A model generated the notes under the pieces. That model worked only from the letters and a program-made list of their open reading frames with translations, was not told where the DNA came from and ran no database searches. A program made the position numbers and the translations under genes. Source: an uncultured Pseudomonadota bacterium (GTDB taxonomy: Bacteria > SAR324 > NAC60-12). Taken from it: DNA of 12,131 nucleotides. The DNA lies in assembly GCA_913020725.1 (NCBI GenBank), contig CAJWCD010000112.1, forward strand, positions 1 through 12,131. The letters run 5' to 3'. Shown here in pieces: positions 6,974 to 12,131 of this stretch. How positions within the stretch are numbered: the first letter of the stretch is position 1; every line of letters starts with the position of its first letter.

Positions 6974-6999
6974 TGTACCATTTTTAATGGATTTTACTA
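6974..6999 (-). repeat. IS630 terminal inverted repeat, transposase 5' side
   Basis: Reverse complement is TAGTAAAATCCATTAAAAATGGTACA. It overlaps an inward-facing extended -10-like sequence TGGTACACT (6980-6972). Confidence 0.9.
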
Positions 7000-7001
7000 T
7001 A

Positions 7002-7019
7002 CAACTTCTCTTGAAGTTG
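7002..7019. other. 7-bp stem-loop abutting the IS target TA, between convergent genes
   Basis: CAACTTC-tctt-GAAGTTG. The stem is weak and lacks a U-tract, so terminator function is uncertain. Confidence 0.35.
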
Positions 7020-7077
7020 ACGCAACGGCTTTGCACCTGCAACAGATAAGTGCCGCGCAAAGAACCGCAGTCCGGAA

Positions 7078-8142
7078 TCAGTGCAGCAGGTGGGAGAGGT
7101 CGGACTCGTCGGGGTCGCTGAGGTTGCGGCGGAGTTTGGCCTGTTCGAGCTTGAGCCAGCCACGTTCTTCGTGGAGGGCGGATTCGCGCTCCAACAGGTG
7201 GGACTGTTCAGTGCCCCGGAGGTCGGACTGCACGGAGTGGATGCGGTCGTGTTGGTCGAGCAGGTTGCGCAGGAGTGATTTCACCCACGTTTTTTCCTGC
7301 TCCAGCCGCTGCTGATCCTGCTCCAGCTTTTTGAGGAGTTGCTGCTGGCGGGCGAGGATTTCCTGCTGGGCGGTTTGGAAGGCATCAAAGGACTGTTGCA
7401 GCATCACCTGCTGCTGTTGCTGAAGTGTCGCCTTGAGTTGCTGGAGTTGTTCGCGTTCCTCGCGCTGGTTGCTGCGCCCTCGTTCGGCTTCGGCTTCAAG
7501 CCGGGCGCCGATTTCCTTCAGTTCCGCACGTTTGGCTTCGAGCTTTTTGCGGAAGTCCTCTTGCTTGTGAACCTTGGCCTGAAGCTGCTGCTCCCGGACG
7601 GCAAGGGCGTCCGCCTGTTCCCGGAGTTGGGTGTTGAGTTGCCGGACCTGCTGTACCTCGACCACCTGTCCCACCTGCTGATGCAGATGGGCGAAGCTCT
7701 GCCCCAAGCGGTGAATCCGGGAACACAGTGCCGCCACCGGGTCTTCGGAGGACTCCTCCTGAATGGATCCCAGTACATAATCAGTCGCGCTCGCCTGCTG
7801 GATTTCGGACGCAGGAAGTTTGGCGAGCAAGGTGTTGAGCCGCACCTTCACGGAACCATCGGTCTGCGGAACCCCCTTGAGCAAGCGTTGCAGTCCCTTG
7901 CGACAGACATGGAGCTTGGCGCGGTCTTCATCCAAGGCTTCTTGGAAAACAAGGCGTTTGGGCGACTCTGCTCCGAGTTCAAGGTCGAGTTGCTCTTGCA
8001 GGCCCGCGAGGTTGAGCTGAAATTGCAGGAGGGTCTGCTCCAAATGGGACTGGGCCGAAGCCAGCGGCACCACCCGTTGGGGGGACACCCGGAACTTGGA
8101 GGCTTGGGCAGCAGTGGTGGACGAACGGTGTGTCTGGGTCAT
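7078..8142 (-). CDS. Hypothetical long coiled-coil protein (Gln/Glu/Leu-rich), ~354 aa
   Basis: Long ORF co-directional with the tol cluster. The C-terminal ~190 aa are near-continuous heptad-like Q/E/L/R/K sequence. Start is uncertain (8142, 8151, 8190 or GTG 8214). No signal peptide or TM segment is evident. Confidence 0.75.
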   Translation of the reverse strand: MTQTHRSSTTAAQASKFRVSPQRVVPLASAQSHLEQTLLQFQLNLAGLQEQLDLELGAESPKRLVFQEALDEDRAKLHVCRKGLQRLLKGVPQTDGSVKVRLNTLLAKLPASEIQQASATDYVLGSIQEESSEDPVAALCSRIHRLGQSFAHLHQQVGQVVEVQQVRQLNTQLREQADALAVREQQLQAKVHKQEDFRKKLEAKRAELKEIGARLEAEAERGRSNQREEREQLQQLKATLQQQQQVMLQQSFDAFQTAQQEILARQQQLLKKLEQDQQRLEQEKTWVKSLLRNLLDQHDRIHSVQSDLRGTEQSHLLERESALHEERGWLKLEQAKLRRNLSDPDESDLSHLLH

Positions 8143-8230
8143 GCAATTCATTCCGATGTGCCCGGAAGGCTCGGCCCACTCCGGCAGCATCTGTGGTGGC
8201 CCCTGGAATTCCACGCCCAGGCGGGTTCAG

Positions 8231-9010
8231 TCACTCGTTGGCGGCTCCGGTTTTCTTGGCAGCCTGCAAGCTCCGGATTTGCTGAGAGAGCCGATGCTCC
8301 GGATAGGCTTTCTGCAACTCTTTCCAAATCACTTGCTGGCGGGCCGTGTCTCCCATTTGCCGAAAGGTGTCGCCCAAGCCGTACAGGGCTTGGGGCAGCA
8401 CCCGACTTTGCGGAAACTTGCGGATCAGCGTCCCGTAGTTTGAGGTCGCCTCCCGAAAGCGTTTCTGTCGGCGGTTGGCAGCGCCCAGCGTCAGCAGGAG
8501 CCAATCCTTCGGAACCAGCGGCTGCTCCTGAGTGAGCAAGGTTTTCCACGCTCCGGAGGCTTGCTGAAGCTCGCCCACCTGAAGCGCAAGCAAGCCCTCC
8601 AGCAGCAAGCGGGTGTTGTCGTCCGTTGCGGATTCCGGAGCCTCCGCTTGCGAAGCGATCACTTCCTCCAAAAAAGCGACTCGCTTTTCCAGTTGCTGCG
8701 CCCCTTCCCGCAGTTCGTTCAGGTCGCGGGCGATTTGATCGAGCAACGATTCATCCGGAACCAACAGTGACAGTTCCGACTGCTCGCGGCTCAGATTCGC
8801 CGTGACACTCTGAAGCCGCTCCAGCAGTTGCTGGTGCCGACTCAATGACTTGCGAACCGCATCTAGGTCCTTGCGCACATCAGCGCCCTCCGCCAGCACA
8901 AGGGCGGTCAACACCAACACCACCGCCATTCCAGACAGCACCCCGCGCACGACTCGCCTCAGCCACGCGACAAGGAAAAATGTGCTTAATGTGTTTTCTG
9001 CAAAGGCCAT
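8231..9010 (-). CDS. cpoB: Tol-Pal system protein CpoB/YbgF-like (N-terminal hydrophobic segment, coiled coil, TPR domain), 259 aa
   Basis: ATG 9010 with GAGGG RBS, 10 nt after the tolB stop. Hydrophobic stretch GMAVVLVLTALVLA, coiled coil, then YbgF-like TPRs (FREATSNYGTLIRKFPQSRVLPQALYGLG...WKELQKAYPEH). Its position after tolB fits. Alternative start at MAVVLVL. Confidence 0.72.
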   Translation of the reverse strand: MAFAENTLSTFFLVAWLRRVVRGVLSGMAVVLVLTALVLAEGADVRKDLDAVRKSLSRHQQLLERLQSVTANLSREQSELSLLVPDESLLDQIARDLNELREGAQQLEKRVAFLEEVIASQAEAPESATDDNTRLLLEGLLALQVGELQQASGAWKTLLTQEQPLVPKDWLLLTLGAANRRQKRFREATSNYGTLIRKFPQSRVLPQALYGLGDTFRQMGDTARQQVIWKELQKAYPEHRLSQQIRSLQAAKKTGAANE

Positions 9011-9020
9011 GCAAGCGCCC

Positions 9021-10319
9021 TCAGCGGGTCCAAGCCGGTTGGGTTTCGACAACCGCCGGAGGACTGGTGGTAACCCGCGCCACCGGCCCACCATGTGTGG
9101 AGATGTAGTAAAGTTTGGTGACTCCCGTTTTGCGGGAGGAAAAGACGAGTTGTCGACCATTGGGTGCCCAATCGGGCTGCTGCGAGTTGTAGCGCCCAAA
9201 GGTGAGTTGCTGATGCCGCCGCCGCAGGAGGTCGTACTTGAAGATTTGAAACACGCCTTTCCTGCGGCCTTCGTAAGCCAGCATCCGCCCATCCGGGGAC
9301 CAGCGCGGCGAACTGTTGTAGCGTCCCTTGTAGGTGACGCGCTCGCTGCGCTTCGTACGGGTATCATAGAGATAAATTTGCGGTTCGTGGTTGCGGGCGG
9401 CATCGGAAACAAAGGCAATGCGGGTACCATCCGGAGACCAAACCGGGGAAGTCTCCAGACTCCGCCAAGTAACAATAGGGGTCAAAGTGCCGGACTCAAA
9501 GGTGTACTGGTAGAGGTCGGAGGTACCCTGCCGCATCAGCGCGAGCAGGAGGCCGTGCCCGTCTGGAGACCAACTTCCGGCCAGCGGTTGGGTGCGGCGA
9601 TCCAGTTCCTGAAACTCAAGAATTTGGGCGCGGTAGCGATCAACGTGCTGGAGTTGGATTTGTGCGGAGGAGCGGGTCAGGGTGGTGTAGAGCAACTGCT
9701 TTCCAGTAGGGTCCCAACTGGCGAAGTTGTTGGAGCCGAGGTTGTAGGAGAAACGCCTCTGCTGGGTGCCGTCGTAGCTGGTGAGCATGATGTTCTTGCG
9801 GGAACCCCGAGCCTGAGCCGTGTAGGCGATCTTGGAAAAGGAGAGTCCGGAGAAGCCAAGTGTGGCCTTGGTGATGCGATCCGCCAACAAACGTCCGAGA
9901 TCCCGCAGGCTGCGGTCAGCACGTTGCTCCAATTGCCCCTCCAAGATCGGCTTTTCGCGTCCGGATTCCCGCAGCACGAAGAAGGCGAGCCACGGTTTTT
10001 CACGACTGACCCGCAAGTGCAACCGAAAGGCGGGGGCCTCCGGAGAGCTTGCGGCGGCGGCTTCGCTATCGCTTTCCTCAACCGTGAAGAACAACGTCTG
10101 CTCCAGATTGCTCTGGAACACCGACTGCACGAAGAGTCCCTTGACGCTGGTCGCGGGCTGCATCGCCACCGCCACCTGCAACGGTGTGAAGCGAGGATTG
10201 GTGATCTCGTAGTAATCCAGTGCGTGGACCATCGAGTACAGGCCAAGCCAGACACTCAGGGTCAACAACAGCCTCGCAAGCCGGAGAAGCAGCATTTGCC
10301 GTAGGAGCGCGGGAGTCAA
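9021..10319 (-). CDS. tolB: Tol-Pal system beta-propeller protein TolB, 432 aa
   Basis: Signal peptide ending VHA|LD, TolB-type N-domain (YYEITNPRFTPLQVAV ... LADRITKATLGFSG.SFSKIAY), and six PD40-type blades (WDPTG, WSPDG x3, WAPNG, terminal QPAWTR). The TTG start overlaps the upstream TGA (TTGA). Alternative ATG at 10295. Confidence 0.9.
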   Translation of the reverse strand: MTPALLRQMLLLRLARLLLTLSVWLGLYSMVHALDYYEITNPRFTPLQVAVAMQPATSVKGLFVQSVFQSNLEQTLFFTVEESDSEAAAASSPEAPAFRLHLRVSREKPWLAFFVLRESGREKPILEGQLEQRADRSLRDLGRLLADRITKATLGFSGLSFSKIAYTAQARGSRKNIMLTSYDGTQQRRFSYNLGSNNFASWDPTGKQLLYTTLTRSSAQIQLQHVDRYRAQILEFQELDRRTQPLAGSWSPDGHGLLLALMRQGTSDLYQYTFESGTLTPIVTWRSLETSPVWSPDGTRIAFVSDAARNHEPQIYLYDTRTKRSERVTYKGRYNSSPRWSPDGRMLAYEGRRKGVFQIFKYDLLRRRHQQLTFGRYNSQQPDWAPNGRQLVFSSRKTGVTKLYYISTHGGPVARVTTSPPAVVETQPAWTR

Positions 10320-11188
10320 AGAGGAAAGGTGGATGGGTTGAATCCGAGAAAGAATTCGTAGCGAGAGTCAGGATAAGAATCTGGCACGGCTGGGAGAAAA
10401 GGCAAGCTGTCCAGCACATCCTGCACCGAGCGATCCAGAAAACGGTCTCCGGATTTTCTGAGAATCTCCCCCGTTTCGATGGCTCCAGAGCGCTCAATGA
10501 CGAAGCGCACTTCCACCACCATGTCCTGATCGGCAAGATGGGGCGGCACCTCCCAATGCTCGGCAAGGAACTCGATCAGCTGAGTGCGGTAGATGCGGGC
10601 TTCGGCCACGCTCATGCGCCGTGCGGCCAGCGAAACCTGTGAGTTCTCTGGAGCGTCCAATGCCACCAACTCCAAGTCGGACAACAGTGAATCCGGCAGG
10701 GCAACCGTGGTCGCAGGTGCTTCCGGCTCCAGAGTTTTTGAGGTTTCAGTTGGTAATTCCTGAAGGATTTTGCTGAGACTCAAGGAGGTCAAAGATTCGG
10801 GTTCCAGAGTTGGTTTTTCGACAGACTTGGAAGGAAGTTCCGGAGCCTTCCGGACAACAGGCTGTAGCACGTTTGTTGCGATTTTTGGCGTTTCCTTGAC
10901 CTCCGGCTTGGGTGGTGGAGGGGGTTCCGGTGGTTGGGGGCGAGCCCCCGCAAGTAACATTCCGGGAGCCGCATCGTCCTCCGGAAGCAGTTCCGTTCTT
11001 TTTGGCGGCGGCGGCAAGGTTGAGAGCTCCAGTTGCTCTGCCCAACTCCGGGGAATGAGTTGCATAAGCAAGGTTTGGGTGTTGGCGACCGCAAGCGGGG
11101 GATGCTGTTGAAACCAGACAATCAGTGCGGCATGAAACACCCCAGAAACCAGCAGCGCCAAGGTGTGCTCCCAGCGCAACCAACTCAT
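10316..11188 (-). CDS. tolA: TolA/TonB-family energy-transducing protein (probable TolA), 290 aa
   Basis: N-terminal TM helix with the S-x3-H motif (LLVSGVFHAALIVWF), a Pro/Glu/Lys-rich linker, and a TolA/TonB C-terminal domain (HWEVP..VEVRFVIERSGAI..ILRKSGDRFLDRSV..LPF). ATG 11188 overlaps the nadK stop (ATGA). It lies directly upstream of tolB, which favours TolA over TonB. Confidence 0.78.
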   Translation of the reverse strand: MSWLRWEHTLALLVSGVFHAALIVWFQQHPPLAVANTQTLLMQLIPRSWAEQLELSTLPPPPKRTELLPEDDAAPGMLLAGARPQPPEPPPPPKPEVKETPKIATNVLQPVVRKAPELPSKSVEKPTLEPESLTSLSLSKILQELPTETSKTLEPEAPATTVALPDSLLSDLELVALDAPENSQVSLAARRMSVAEARIYRTQLIEFLAEHWEVPPHLADQDMVVEVRFVIERSGAIETGEILRKSGDRFLDRSVQDVLDSLPFLPAVPDSYPDSRYEFFLGFNPSTFPL

Positions 11189-12009
11189 CGGGACAGCCCG
11201 CCCCACGAGAGCCGGGAGGCGAGGTTGTGGAAAAAATAATTCGGCTCCAGAAACACGAGCTGGGCCTGCCGCTTGGATTCGCGCACCATGATCTCGTCGT
11301 TGATCGCCAGTGGAATCTTGTTCTTGCCGTCGATCGAAAGGTAGATGTCTTGCTCGCGAGTCTGCGAACTGACCCGCAAGTGGATTTCCGAATCATGCGT
11401 GACCACAAGGTGTCGCGCCCGGAAGTCATACTCGTTGAGGCCGCTGACGATCATGCAACGCAATTCCGGCATCACGATGGGAGAACCGGCGGCGAGCAGA
11501 TAGGCGGTGCTGCCGGTGGCCGTGCCCACGATCACGCCGTCCCCCCGGATTTTACGAATGGACTGCTGGTCGATGCTGAGTTCCACCGTGATCAAGCGCG
11601 TCGCCCCCCGCACCACCATTTCGTTGATGATGTAGCTGGTGCCATGTGGGTGGGTGCATTTGAGGATGGAGCGCTTGCTGATGAAGTGGCGTCCTGCGAA
11701 TACGCGTCCAAGGATGCTGTCAAGGTCTTCAAGGTCGCCCGCTGTAAGAAAGCCCACGGTTCCGGCGTTGATCGCCAGCAACGGAACTTCCAGATAGAAA
11801 ACCAGTGCCGAGAGCACGGTGCCGTCACCCCCCACTGCGATGACAAGGTCCAATTCGCAATCCTCATCACCTCCCTCCTTCAGGAGCATCACCTCGGCCC
11901 CGTGGGGAGCAAGGATGCCCTGAATGCGATGCAGCAGGCGCGAGGGTTCGTGATTGGTGGTGAAGAGGCCGATCCGGTGGAGAGGCAGCAGGGAACTCTG
12001 GGATTGCAT
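11185..12009 (-). CDS. nadK: NAD(+) kinase, 274 aa
   Basis: DLVIAVGGDGTVL, INAGTVGFLT, INE, and GDGVIVGTATGSTAYLLAAGSPI are the NAD kinase motifs, with C-terminal YFFHNLASRLSWG. The start at ATG 12009 is chosen by domain length. Confidence 0.96.
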   Translation of the reverse strand: MQSQSSLLPLHRIGLFTTNHEPSRLLHRIQGILAPHGAEVMLLKEGGDEDCELDLVIAVGGDGTVLSALVFYLEVPLLAINAGTVGFLTAGDLEDLDSILGRVFAGRHFISKRSILKCTHPHGTSYIINEMVVRGATRLITVELSIDQQSIRKIRGDGVIVGTATGSTAYLLAAGSPIVMPELRCMIVSGLNEYDFRARHLVVTHDSEIHLRVSSQTREQDIYLSIDGKNKIPLAINDEIMVRESKRQAQLVFLEPNYFFHNLASRLSWGGLSR

Positions 12010-12131
12010 GGAAAATATCGCGAGGTCAATAAGGATGGACTCGTAAAAAGTCAGAGGCATCAACTGCTGGAAAAATTCGGATGCTCAGAACACCGTGTAT
12101 TGAAAGGAACGAGGGTGTCGAATGGTTTGAT

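Larger units (their letters stand above)
5976..6999 (-). mobile_element. IS630-family (Tc1/mariner superfamily) insertion sequence, 1024 bp, both ends present
   Basis: Imperfect terminal inverted repeats beginning TAGTAAAA, flanked by TA at 5974-5975 and 7000-7001 (target duplication). Internal HTH and DDE transposase frames are joined at an A9 tract. The TA/TAGT boundary is inherently ambiguous by 2 bp. Confidence 0.92.

Noticed and set aside
9011..9475. 155-aa N-terminal extension of the cpoB-like ORF
   Set aside because: It lies inside tolB in another frame. ATG 9010 has an RBS and gives the expected architecture.
8850..10304. 484-aa plus-strand ORF, and similar long antisense ORFs at 1689-2801, 2921-4072, 3937-4809 and 7339-8535
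   Set aside because: They mirror minus-strand genes (tolB, pheS, lpxA and the two hypothetical proteins), have no recognisable motifs, and are expected shadows of GC-rich codon usage.
10860..11020. Pro-rich low-complexity stretches (PPPPKR, PQPPEPPPPPKPE) as possible DNA repeats
   Set aside because: They are explained by the TolA/TonB periplasmic linker, with no exact tandem DNA unit.
12010..12131. Possible 3' end of an upstream minus-strand gene, or a promoter for nadK
   Set aside because: A short open frame ends near 12060 but has no recognisable motif, and I found no well-spaced -35/-10 pair.
1..12131. CRISPR array, tRNA/rRNA, integron attC sites, or a defence/toxin-antitoxin system
   Set aside because: By eye I found no regularly spaced repeats, cloverleaf or rRNA-like segments. 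Nearly all the sequence is accounted for by the listed CDSs and the IS, and the Smr protein alone does not indicate a defence system.

Overview
GC-rich chromosomal window from a Gram-negative (LPS-making) bacterium, mostly housekeeping and envelope genes in unusual arrangements. A minus-strand run nadK - tolA-like - tolB - cpoB/ybgF-like - long coiled-coil protein (12009 to 7078) lacks tolQ, tolR and pal. A second minus-strand run is lpxA - unknown protein with a triplicated ~45-aa motif - pheS (no pheT) - phosphonate monoester hydrolase-like sulfatase-family enzyme - probable start of a MalK/UgpC-type ABC ATPase at the left edge. Divergent from lpxA on the plus strand are a predicted outer-membrane beta-barrel protein and a small Smr-domain protein. 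Between the two convergent units is a complete-ended 1024-bp IS630-family element (26-bp imperfect TIRs, TA duplication) whose transposase carries several lesions. I cannot support a complete new multi-gene system from sequence alone. The best novelty candidates are the repeat protein between lpxA and pheS, the reduced Tol cluster with its coiled-coil partner, the atypical orphan PheS, and a possible captured gene fragment in the IS leader. All family assignments come from motif recognition by eye, not database searches.
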